This document shows positions 40,908-52,817 of a stretch of 64,000 nucleotides of DNA, piece by piece. A program made the translations under genes and the position numbers. The notes beneath the pieces are model-generated. The model saw nothing but the letters and a program-made list of their open reading frames with translations, was not told the origin of the DNA and did not search any database. How positions within the stretch are numbered: position 1 is the first letter of the stretch; the number at the start of each line of letters is the position of its first letter. This DNA is from Lama glama (Eukaryota), in NCBI GenBank assembly GCA_028534125.1, contig CM052817.1, positions 63,180,001 to 63,244,000 of the forward strand. The letters run 5' to 3'.

Positions 40908-41914
40908 GCATAAGAATGAAAGCAAATGTCTGAAGATAATGTAAATCATCTGGTTTTAATCTTAGTAACACTGGGACTATAGCCTTGTCTCTTATTAGGC
41001 TGAATATACATTCTGTGCCTTTCAGTTATCAAACAGAAGTTTTATATTCACATTTAAACTCTTAGGTGCCATTTAAACCAATCTCAGAAGATTCAGATCG
41101 CTATAGTATCTTAAGATAGACACCTTGGTCTCCTGGGTCCCTGTGGCCATCTTAGGCAACTTGCTTTCAGAGAGAAAGGAATTCATGATACATAATGGGT
41201 TTGGTTTTTTTTTCACAATTATCTTTAAAAATAACCTTATCTAACAGAAAAAGGATAAGATCTGTCAAAGAAACAGCTATCAAAGAATTTAGAGTGTTCA
41301 TAAATTGAGTGAAAATGCTGGAACCCCTTTCTTATATAAATAACCTTTTATAAGCCTCATTCTTCTAGGGAAATTTCTTTCTTCTTATTTAATTTAAAAC
41401 TCTCTTATTAGTGATTATCCTGTTGTTGGGGCCCAGAGCAGGCTGCCCCAAAATGTGCCTCAGTGACATATTTTGAATTAAAGTTACTGGAGAAACAGCC
41501 AGTGGTGGGGGAAATGATATATTAAAACAAACATAAAAGACATAAATGAACTAAATAAATAGAAAAAGACTCACAAACCTAGAAAACAAACATAGTTACC
41601 AGTAGGGTAGGGGTAGGAAGGGATAAATTTGGAGTTCGAGACTTGCATATACTAAATACTCTATGTAATAGGTAAACAACAAGTTTCTTTTGTGTAGCAC
41701 AGGAAACTATATTCAGTATTTTTGTAGCAACAAATAATGAAAAAATATGAAAAGGAATATATGTATATATATGTACATGACTGAAACATCAGGCAGTACA
41801 CCAGAAAGTGACATGACTGAAACATCAGGCAGTACACCAGAAATTGAGTATATTTCAACAAAGAAAATAATAAAATGAATAGCATAAGATAAAAACACAG
41901 AAACAAACAAAAAA

Positions 41915-42940
41915 CAAAGTTGCAAGAGTCAAAGTTAATGTATAAAAATTTTGCATTTTTATATAACAAAGAATAACAATTGGAAAGTGAAATAAATCAT
42001 ATCGCATTTATAATAGTGCCAAAATATAAAATAACTAATAATTAACAAAAATTAAGCAAGCTAAATATCCTGAAAACTATAGCATGTTATTGAGAAAAAA
42101 TAAAGGAGACCTAAATATATGGAGATATTTATTATGTCCATGGATGGGAAGAGTTAACATTGTTAACGTGTCGATTTTTTTAATTGATCTATGGAATAAT
42201 ACAATCTCAATCAAAATCTTAGAAGTATTTTTGGTATAAATTAGTAAGTTGATTCTAAAACTTATATGAAAATGCAAACAATTCAGAATAACCAAAGTAA
42301 TTTTTAAAAAACTAAGAGAACATACATTATCTGATTTCAAGACTTGCTATGAAGCTATAGTAATCAAGACAGCATGACCCTGGTGAACAAATAGATTTAT
42401 CAAGTGGTCAATAGAACAGAATAGTGAACCCAGAAGAAAACCTGTAGTACATTGTCAGTTGTATTTGTCAAAGGTCCTAAAACAATTCAATGGGCAAAGG
42501 AAAGTCTATAACAAATAGTGTTGATCAACTGGATGTCCCTGTAGAAAAAGTAAACATCAAACCTTAACATACACAATGCATAAAGTTAACTTAAAATGGC
42601 TTATAATTGTAAGTGGTAAAAATTTTTAAAAAAGGAAAATATTTGAAAATTTGGGTTAGCCATTATTTTCTTAGAACACAAAAGGTGTAAGCCACAAAAG
42701 AAAAAAATGAAAAAGTGGACTTCATGAAAATTAAGACTTATTTCTTTGAAAGACACTTTAAGAAAAAAAAATGCAAACCATATAAATGTGAGGATAGATA
42801 TACAAAGCAGAAAATAATTGGAAAATGATTTCACCATAGTGCCAAAAACAGTATAATTCAGATAAATACATGGTATAAGGAATAATAAAGAATTTATAAT
42901 TAAATAATAAGAACAAATAAGACAAAATGAGCAGCCTTTA
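41915..42940 (+). mobile_element. Older L1 ORF2, right part
   Basis: Colinear continuation of 34330-35128: ggagacctaaatatatggagatat...tgtccatggatgggaaga and ctgatttcaagacttgctatgaagctatagtaatcaagacagc. Confidence 0.85.
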
Positions 42941-45900
42941 TACCTTGGTGTTTGAAAACATTTGCTCATGAGGCATTGTGTTTGGAATCTGACCAAGATA
43001 TATACTTGCATGGTGTCATAGAGTGGCAGGGGCAGGTGGTGATTTTGCTGGCTTGGAGTAGCAGGGCGACCACCTCAGAAGTGGGAAACATCTGGAACCA
43101 GGATGAAATAGTGCCAGATAGTGGCCTGGATGCCTGGATGGCAGGTTGCAATAAGGGCCTTTGAGGAGTTGACTGTAGGAGACAAACATGAGTTGAGGTG
43201 AGAGGATAAAAGAACAGGTCCAAGTTGTATTTCTTGTAGCAGAAGACATGTGCAGTACACTAAGAGAGAATTGAAATTCTCCTCTTCAGGATAATGGGGG
43301 ATAAGATAAGGACATTAACAGTAACATCAACCTCTTTACTCTAGTAGGGAAATTTAAGTTAATTAAACATACAAGAGAATCCCTGGCAGCACTCACAAAA
43401 ATTAGGGTGACAAACAAGGGTATGAGCTCCCTGTCTCTCAAGTGCAGGTCTTAAAAGATGGGGTTACTGATAAAGGGTTCAAACCCTTCTTTCTTCAGGG
43501 AGAAACTCTGTGTTCTAAGTTCCTTCATGATTGTGGGTCCTTGTGGTGGGGGGTGGGATTTATAATGAGATTATGTCCCAGTGTTCCCTACGTGCTTTGA
43601 TGTGGTTTTCTTTTCATTTTCCTGAAGTGTAGTTGTCACTTAGCCAGCTTTTAGGTTTTTTTAAGAGGAAATTATTCCATATTATAGCTTTAGACTCAGT
43701 GTGTCCATGGGAGGAGGCGAGTAGTACAGAATCTTCCTACATTGCCATCTTGAACTTGAAAGAGGAACCTCTGGAACCTCTTTCTCAACCTCTACATTCT
43801 TACCTCTACATTATCTGGCTTTGGTGGCCAGTAAGGCTTAAGCTCATGGGGCTGTCCCAGAGGACAGGAACCAACAGAGGAAGAGTCCTTCAACAGCTAA
43901 TACAGCCAGAGCACAGCAAGAGACAACAGATGCAGGAGCTCCATCTTTCTGTGAAGTAGGTCTATTAGCTAATCATTATGACTACAGCCTGAGGGGCAGG
44001 CTTTTAATTAAATACGTATCTAAGGGCTGGCTATAATTCTTTACAGAGACCTAGGAGGGCAGGCACTATCTTTGCTCTCACCCTCTGTCATGCTCCTGAG
44101 CACCAATATTTCCTGGAGAGAAGCTTTACAAGCATCTGATACCTGGCTTGTAGGTCTGCACCCTGGTTTTTGTGGCAGCCACTCAAGGGATGCCTCTTGA
44201 TCGCCTGGCTCTGGTGACCAGTGGGGCTTGCATTCCTTGGTCCCAGAGGACTGTGGCAATCAAAGAAACAGTTATTGGCAGACTACCCACCCCAGGGTAT
44301 TGCACAGACAGTGGACTGAGGCACATTCCCAAGTCTTTTTGTGAAGGAGTCCTCTTTGTCTGGTGCTTTGGCCTGAGAAACATGCTTCAGATTAGGCAGA
44401 CATTTAGTGGCCTATAGAGCTGCTCAAAAAGGAACATAGATTGTGGACACTATCTTCTTCTGCCTTCCTCCAGCTCACCGGCACCTCCCACAAAAAAACT
44501 TATACACTCATTTGGAGCCCCAATTTTTTGTGACTGCTGCCCAGGGGACACCCTAGATCACCTGTCTCAGTGGGGCTTACATTTGTGGTCTCATAGCACT
44601 GTATATATTTGTATAATTTTAAAAGCTGCAGCCTGAGGGTCTGATTTCTACTTAACCTGACTGTAGGTGCTGATAGTCTCTCTTTGGGGACATTGACAGT
44701 TCTTGTCACATCATCAACTGCTGGAAGCTGTTAAAAGTATAATAGGTTGCTTGTAAGCACAGAGGTTTGAGAGATGACAGAGACCTGAGGTAGGATTAAG
44801 GTTCATCTCCCACACAGGGTCACCCTCAAGACCAGGGGAAGTGGTTGTTTCATCTGATGTGTAGAAATGAACCCAGAGAGTCAAGCAAAATGAAGACAGA
44901 GAGGAATATGTTCCAAATGAAAAACAAGATTAAACATCAGAAGAAAACCTTAATGAAATGGAGATAAGTAACTTACCTGATAAAGAGTTTAAAGTAATGT
45001 TCATAAAGGGCTTAAAACTGGGGAGAAGAATGGATGAACAGTGAGAACTGCAATAAGAAATGGGAAATATAAGAATACAAATTACAAGTCACAAAGCTGA
45101 AGGACACAATAACTGAACTGACAAATACACTAGAGGGCTTCAACAGCAGATTAGAAGAAACAGAGGAAAGAAGGGGGAGTCAAATCAAAGACAAAGCAGT
45201 GGAACTCACTTGATCAGAGTAGCAAAAAGAAAAAAAGAATGAAAAAATGTTAAGATAGGCTATGGGACTTATGGGAGAACATCAGAGAGACTAATGTTCA
45301 CATTGTAGGACTTCCAAAAGGATAAGAGAGAGAGAAACGGGCAGAAATATTATTTGAAGAAATGATAGCTGAAAACTTCCCTAACTTGGGGAAGGACATA
45401 GATATCCAGCTCTGAGAAACCCAGAGAGTTCCAAAGAAGATGAATCCAAAGAGACACCAAGATACGTTATAATTAAAATATCAAAAGTTAAAGACAAGGA
45501 GAGAAAAGCAGCAGGAGAAAAACAACTTGTTGCATATAAGGGAACCCTCGTTAAGACTATTAGCAAATTTTTTAGCACAAATTTTGCAGGCCAGAGGGAG
45601 TGACACAGTATATTCAAAATGCTGATAGAAAGAAAACGTTCCAGCTAGGAATACTGTACTTGGCAGAGTTATCATTGTGAACTGAAGGAGAGAGAAAGCA
45701 TTTTCCAGACAAGTAAAAGCTAAAGGAGTTCATCTCCACTAAACTTTCCTTAAAAGAAATGTTAAAGGGACTTCTTTAAGCTGAAAAGGAAAGGCACTAA
45801 TTAGTGACAAGAACATAAATGAAAGAGTAAGTCTTACTGGAAAGGTAAATATCAAGTGAAAGTAGTGGATTAATTACTTATAAAGCTAGTATGAAAGTTC

Positions 45901-46440
45901 GGAAGAAAAAGTAGTGAAAAAACATAACTGATTAAAATAATTAGTTAAGGAATACACAAGATAACAAATATTCAAAATGTGACATCAAAAACATAAAATG
46001 TGGAGGAAAAGAGTAAAAATGTTGAACTTTAGAATGGAGTTAAACTTCAGTTTTTATCAACTTAAAATAGAGTGTTACAGATAAAAGTTGTTACATGTAA
46101 GCCTCATGGTAACCATGAAGCAAAAACCTATAGTAAATACACAAAAGATAAAGAGAAAAGAATACAAGCATACCACTAAAGAAAGTCACCAAACCACAAA
46201 GGAAGAGAGCAAGAGAAAAAGAATGGAACAAGAGGAACTACAAAACAACCTGAAAACAATTAACAAAATGGCAATAAACACATACCTATCAATAATTACT
46301 TTAAATGTAAATAGACTAAATCTGCCAATCAAAAGACACAGAGTGGCTGAAAAAAAACAAGACTCATCTATATGTTGCCTTCAAGAGACTCCTTACTTCG
46401 CAGCAATTTTGAATTTTATTTACATCTATAACGAAAAGTT

Positions 46441-47618
46441 TTCTTTTTTTTTTTTTGTTCCAGCACTGTATTTTTAAAAAATTATAGTCAGTTTACAATA
46501 TTGTGTCAATTTCTGTTGGACAGCATAATGTTTGAGTCATACATACACATAAATATCTTTCTTTTCATATTCTTTTTTCATTATAGGTTGCTATTAAATA
46601 TAGTTCCCTGGGCTATACAGTATGAACTTGTTGTTTATCTATTTTATATGGTTAGTATCTGCAAATCTCAATCTTTCAACTTATTCCTTCCTACCTCCTT
46701 TCCCCCTGGTAACCATAAGTTTGTTTTCTATGTATGTGAGTCTGTTTCTGTTTTGTAAATAAGTTTATTTGTGTCTTTTTTTAGATTCCACATGTAAGTG
46801 ATATTATATGATATTTTTCTTTCTCTTTCTGGCTTACTTCACTTAGAATGACANNNNNNNNNNNNNNNNNNNNNNNNNNNNNNNNNNNNNNNNNNNNNNN
46901 NNNNNNNNNNNNNNNNNNNNNNNNNNNNNNNNNNNNNNNNNNNNNNNNNNNNNNNNNNNNNNNNNNNNNNNNNNNNNNNNNNNNNNNNNNNNNNNNNNNN
47001 NNNNNNNNNNNNNNNNNNNNNNNNNNNNNNNNNNNNNNNNNNNNNNNNNNNNNNNNNNNNNNNNNNNNNNNNNNNNNNNNNNNNNNNNNNNNNNNNNNNN
47101 NNNNNNNNNNNNNNNNNNNNNNNNNNNNNNNNNNNNNNNNNNNNNNNNNNNNNNNNNNNNNNNNNNNNNNNNNNNNNNNNNNNNNNNNNNNNNNNNNNNN
47201 NNNNNNNNNNNNNNNNNNNNNNNNNNNNNNNNNNNNNNNNNNNNNNNNNNNNNNNNNNNNNNNNNNNNNNNNNNNNNNNNNNNNNNNNNNNNNNNNNNNN
47301 NNNNNNNNNNNNNNNNNNNNNNNNNNNNNNNNNNNNNNNNNNNNNNNNNNNNNCTTCACTTAGAATGACATTCTCCAGGAGCATCCATGTTGCTGCAAAT
47401 GGCATTATGTTGTCGGTTTTTATGGCTGAGTAGTATTCCATTGTATAAATATACCACATCTTCTTTATCCAGTCACCTGTTGATGGACATTTAGGCTGTT
47501 TCCATGTTTTGGCTATTGTAAATAGTGCTGCTATGAACATTGGGGTGCATGTAGCTTTTCGAATTAGAGTTCCCTCCAGGTATATGCCCAGGAGTGGATT
47601 GCTGGATCATATGGTAAA
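46441..47618 (-). mobile_element. Young 5'-truncated L1 inserted antisense into L1 ORF2
   Basis: Near-intact ORF2 C-terminus MFIAALFTIAKTWKQPKCPSTGDWIKKMWYIYTMEYYSAIK and poly-T at 46441-46457. Duplicated caagagact at 46382-46390 and 47619-47627. Confidence 0.9.
46854..47353. other. Assembly gap (500 N)
   Basis: Run of N. Confidence 1.
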
Positions 47619-48574
47619 CAAGAGACTTGTTTTGGATGTAAAGACACACAAGGCTGAAAGTGAAAGGATGGAAAAATGTACTCCATGCAAATGGAAACCA
47701 AAAGAAAGTTGGAATAGCTATACTTACATCAGACAAAGTAGGCTTTAAAACAAAGAACATAATAAAAGAAAAAGAAGGGCATTATATAATGATAAAGGGA
47801 TCAACCTAACAAGAAGATATGATATCTCTAAATATTTATGCACCTAATTAGAATCAACTAAATGTATAAAGCAAATATTAACAGACCTAAAGGGAGAGCT
47901 AGACAGCAATGCAATAATAATAGGGGACTTTAATACACTACTTACATCAATGGATGGATCGTTTAGACAGAAACTCTACAAACAAACGTAGGCCTTAAAT
48001 AACACCTTAGAACAGATGGACTTAGATATTTACAGGAAGTTACATCCAAAAAAAACAATACATGTTCTTCTCAAGTGCATATGAAACATTTTCTAAGATA
48101 CATCTTATGGTAGGCCACAAAACGATTCCTAATATATTCAAGTGGATTAAAAGCATTGGAAAAAAAAGCATCTTTTCCAACCACAGTGGTATGAAACTAG
48201 AAATTAATTGTACACACACAAAAAGAACTGTAAAATTTATAAATATGTGAAGATTAAACAGAATGCTACTGAACAACCAATGAGTCAAAGAAGAAATCAA
48301 AACAAATCAAAAAAATACCTTGGAAAAAAATACCTTGAGACAAATGAAAATGTAAAACACCAAAATTCATGGGATGCGGCAAAAGCAGTTCTAAGATGGA
48401 AGTTGATAGTGATAAACACCCACCTCAAGTAATAAGAAAAGTCTCAAACAAACAGCTTAACTTTACACTTCAATGGACAGAAAAAGAAGAACAAATGAGC
48501 CCAAAATTAGAAGAGGGAAGGAAATAACAAAGATTAGAACAGAAATGAATGAAATAAAAACAAACAAAAACAGA

Positions 48575-50900
48575 AATGAAAAGAGAGTTCAGAATCAGGC
48601 CATAGATTGTCACTTCATTTCTAAAAAGGTAATAATGTGATCAGCACAGTAGGCCAGGAGTTAAGTTTCAGTAAATGGTGCTGGGTCAGTTAGATATCTA
48701 TATGGATAAAATAAACCCTGGCCTGAGCCTCATACTATGCAAAAGTAAATTCCAAATGGATTGCAGATCTGAATGTAAAAGGAAAATCAATAAAGCTTTT
48801 CAAAGAGTGCATAGAAAAACATCTTCATGAATGTGGAGTATGCAAAGTTATCATATAATAAACAATGCTAAACATAAAGAAAAATGGTAAATAGGGCAAT
48901 GATTAGATTAGAACTTTTGTCCAAGAGACATCTCTTGAATAGGGCTCTGAAAAATGGAAGCCACAGAGAGGGAGAAAATGCAATACAATATCCTACAAGT
49001 AACTTCTTTTTAAAATTTTTTATTGAGGTATAATGGACCTATAACATTACCTTAGCTTGAAGTATACAACATAATAATTCAGTATTTGTATACATTGTGC
49101 AGTGTCACCAAAATAATTCTAGTTAACATTTATCATCATACATAGTTACAGAAAAATTTTGTTTCCTAGTAATGAAAAATTTTAGATTTATTTTCAAATA
49201 TGCAATGCCATATTATTAACTATAGTCACTCTGCTGTACAGTACATCCTCAGGACTTGTTTATTTTATAACTGGAAATTTTTATCTTTTGACTCCCTTCA
49301 CCCATTTTGTGCACCCTTACCCCTGCCTTGGGCAACCACCAATGTGTTCTCTGTTTCTATGAGCTTGGTTTGGTTTTGTTTTGTTTTGTCTTTTATTTTT
49401 GTTTTTTCGATTCCACATATAAGTGTAACCATACAATATTTGTCTTTTGCTGTCTCACTTATTTGACTTAGCATGATGCCCTGAAGTTCCATCCATTTTA
49501 TTACAAATGGCAAGATTTTGTTCTTTTTTAAGTTGAGTAGTATTCCATTTTGTGTGTGTATGTATCACATTTTCTTTATCTACTTTATTCATCCAGCAAT
49601 GAATACTTAACATTGTTTCCATATCTTGGTTAATGGTAAATTATGCTGCAGTGAATATGGGGGTGCATATATCTTTTTGAGTTAATATTTTCTTTTTCTT
49701 TGGATAAGTACCTAGAAGTGAATTTGCTAGTTCTATGTTTAAATTTTTTTGAAGAACCTCCGTATTGTTTTCCACAGTGGCTGCACCAATTTACATTCCC
49801 ACCAACAGTACAAAAGGTGTCTGTTTTCTCCACATCCTTGCCAACACTTGTTATTTCTTGTCATTCCCATTTACAGTTGCATCAAAAAGAATAAAATACC
49901 TAGGAATGTATTTAAGCAAGGAGGGAAAAGATCTCTACACTGAAGACTGTAAGACATTGATGGAAGAAATTGAAGAAGAGACACATAAATGGAAAGTCTT
50001 TTCATGCTTATAGATTGGAAGACTTAATGTTAAAATTCCCATATTACTCAAAGCAATCTACAGATTCAAGTAACTTTTATTCAGAATATATAGGGAAATA
50101 CAAAAAATGTAGGGAAAAAAGCAGGAAAATTAATAGAATAAGTAAGAGATTTAAACAGGTACTTCACAGAGAAGTATATCTGAAAAGGTGTTTAATTTCA
50201 CTGGTAACTAAAAAAACTAACAAACTAAGTAACAGTGTAATACCACTAGACAGCCACCAGAAGGGCTACAATGAAGAAAACTCCAAGTTTACACAAGGAT
50301 ATATAGCAATGAGAACTTTTACATACTGCTAATGGAAATATAAATTGATACAATCACTTTGGGAAAATGTTTGGCACAATAAAACTAAGCATATGAATTT
50401 TCTATAACCCAACAGTTTGTATGTGTTTATTTTCTCCCACAGGATGATATGTAGGAAAGTATTCATAGCAACACTGTTTGTAGAAGACTACACTCCATAA
50501 ATGATAAAATAAATATAAATTATAGTATATTCACACAATGTAATACACTACAGAATAAAAGTGAACAAACTGTAACATCAAGCAAAGATATCATAGAAGA
50601 GGTTTTACAACATTAGGTTGAGGAAAAGAAGACAAACAAAAAAGAATACATATTTCTATCTATAAAAATTTAAAAATCAGGCAAAATTAATCTATAGTGT
50701 TATATAGGGCTATTGTGCACTTTTGGCAGTTAGAAAACATTAAGAAAGGACTAGTTGGGACTTCTGGAGGTCGTTGTGATGATCTGTCTCTTGTTCTGGG
50801 TACTGGTTATAAGGGTATTTTCAATTTGTGAAAGTTCATCAATTTGTATGCTTTTGATTTGTGTCCATATGTGTTTCAAATTCTAATAAAAAGTTTAAAA
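48575..50900 (+). mobile_element. Ancient L1 ORF2 end and 3'UTR (L1ME-like), interrupted at 49006-50066
   Basis: taaatggtgctggg, aattccaaatggattgcagatctgaatgtaaaa, and aaaatcaggcaaaattaatctatagtgtt. Confidence 0.7.
49006..50066 (-). mobile_element. 5'-inverted L1 insertion
   Basis: Minus-strand 3' end at 49006-49865 and plus-strand ORF2 piece ([13 protein letters not shown]) at 49866-50066. TSD caagtaactt at 48996-49005 and 50067-50076. Confidence 0.85.
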
Positions 50901-51159
50901 ATTTTTAAATCTTTAAATATAAATTTTTATATATTTTCTTTAATAAATGAGCTCAAATATATTCATTACAATCTGTTTAAAAATTCAATGTAGGTTGTGG
51001 GGAGTGTGACCAGGATAAATTATTATAGAAGCTAAATCCAAAAAGCAAAGTTGAAAAAAGTTATTTTCTTACTGTAATAGCAGCTGATTGTTGGCAGGGA
51101 TGTCAATCCATTATAGCTCAGGAAAGACTGCCCAATAGAGATGAAAAATATTAATGAAC

Positions 51160-51510
51160 TAGCTATGTTAAAATGGCTGAGAGAACAGCCTGTACAAAGG
51201 TCCTAAGGTGGGAGAAGCTTTGGTAGATTCATCAAACTAAAAGCTATGGCTGTCAATGTGAAGAAAGGGGAATGGTATTCAGTGAGACTGTCATGCCAGG
51301 CTAGAACCAGGTTATGGAAAGCCTTAGAACCATAGTTAGGAGTTGGGGTTTTATTCTTACTACAATGAGAAATCACTGAATTATTTATACAAAAAAAAGG
51401 AGCTGATACATATATATATTTAAAGATCATAGTAGACAGCAGAAATAGACTGGAAAGGGACAAAAGTAGAAGCTACTGCAATAATGTGTATAAAAGATGA
51501 TGATGCATGA
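51160..51510 (-). mobile_element. L2 fragment
   Basis: gagagaacagcctgtacaaaggtcctaaggtggga and ggagttggggttttattcttactacaatgagaaatcactg. Confidence 0.7.
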
Positions 51511-52289
51511 TTAATGAGCAATAAATATCTTGGGAAGGAAGACATATGGAGATACCCACTTCTGTAATACCTATACATTCATGATAAACATTCTTATAAT
51601 TAATTATCTGGCCAATTATAAAATACTTAGCATCCTAAAATTAAAATATTTATCAAGATTTTTCTACTTTACCAATGAATGTTGAACACATATTTCTCAA
51701 GAAGATAAGCTAAAGCATTTTTATAACTTTGACGAGTAAAGAGGAATGCAGTAAACCATGGATTTTCCACTAGGGCATCTTTCAACATCATGCCAGTCAG
51801 TATATAGTAAGTGTGAAGGGCCTCTAAGATTTGAGTCCACTATTCAGTTTCTCAAATTCGTGTACAAAATAGAAATACCATATTTATGTAAACTCAAAGG
51901 GGCTTAGATATTGTGTGAATAACCTGTAGTTATGTTAAGGAGATCTATTACTTGGCTCACTAGTTTGTTTTAGTGTACAGCCTTGTAGGTTCAGTTTTCC
52001 ATTTAGAAGACATTTAGCCTTAGATTCCTGCTACAGGAAAAGCAGTAGTTGAAATGCTGTATAAACAGTTTTTCACAAGGGCAGGTATATAGTGTAGGCT
52101 AATCTTATTTTATGTACCTGAGAACCATAAAAAGAGAGCATATTGTCAAATAGCACAATAGGTACACCAAACATATATGCTGAGTTGAATGACCCTTTCT
52201 TAGTCTCCACTGTACTTCCTGAGAGATATTTATAGGATAAAACATCTAACCCAATGCCCAATAAAATGGAAAATGAAATGGTAACTGCT

Positions 52290-52530
52290 TAGTGGCAACG
52301 TGGTGAGGCAGAAAGAGATGTGGAGCCCTGTGGTTTGATTCATGCCTTTTCCACTCTCTAACTGTGTGACCAGGAGCAATCAAAACAAACTATCTGAGGC
52401 TATATTTTCTCATGCACCCAATAACAACAACAACAACAACAAAAGATACAATATTTTAACTCCCAAGGCTGTTAGAATGATCAAATAAGACAATGCATGT
52501 AAAAGAATACGAAAACTCAGTCACTGCTGT
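52290..52530 (+). mobile_element. MIR with internal (AAC)n
   Basis: ccactctctaactgtgtgacc...ctatctgaggct...aaggctgttagaatgatcaaataaga. Confidence 0.6.
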
Positions 52531-52694
52531 TAACTCTCACTACCAGAAGGATTCAGCCTTTGCCTGTAGGAAACCTGTTTGAATTTAACTTCTGCCTGGT
52601 AAGCCCTAGAGACAATGATTCAAATACTTGTAAATTTAAGTTATTTAATCCTGTGTGATTTCTAAAAGCACACATTTTAAAATAATACTGCATA

Positions 52695-52817
52695 CAGAGA
52701 AAAAAAAATGTGACAATGAGTGTGTATATGTCCATGAATGACTGAAAAATTGTGCTGAACACTGGAATTTGACACAACATTGTAAAATGATTATAAATCA
52801 ATAAAAAATGTTAAAAA
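52695..52817 (+). mobile_element. Short young L1 3' tail
   Basis: Same tail as 38861-38923. TSD aatactgcata (52684-52694 / 52818-52828). Confidence 0.9.

Larger units (their letters stand above)
35129..41914 (+). mobile_element. Younger 5'-complete L1 (5'UTR, ORF1 ~37021-37900, ORF2 from 37986, internally deleted), inactive
   Basis: 5' caagatggc (YY1 site), ORF1 and endonuclease remnants, and 3'UTR at 41520-41880 with an A-rich tail. TSD caaagttacaagag (35115-35128) / caaagttgcaagag (41915-41928). Confidence 0.88.
43370..48575 (+). mobile_element. L1 with inverted 5' end (43370-43760), repeated 5'UTR units, ORF1 (~44890-45790) and ORF2 endonuclease region; 3'-truncated
   Basis: ORF2 start MAINTYLSIITLNVNRLNLPIKRHRVAE at ~46268. 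ORF1 motif atagctgaaaacttccctaacttgg. Confidence 0.85.

Noticed and set aside
46781..47540. Long ORFs of 171-233 aa
   Set aside because: Artefacts of translating the N gap; the flanks are L1 ORF2.
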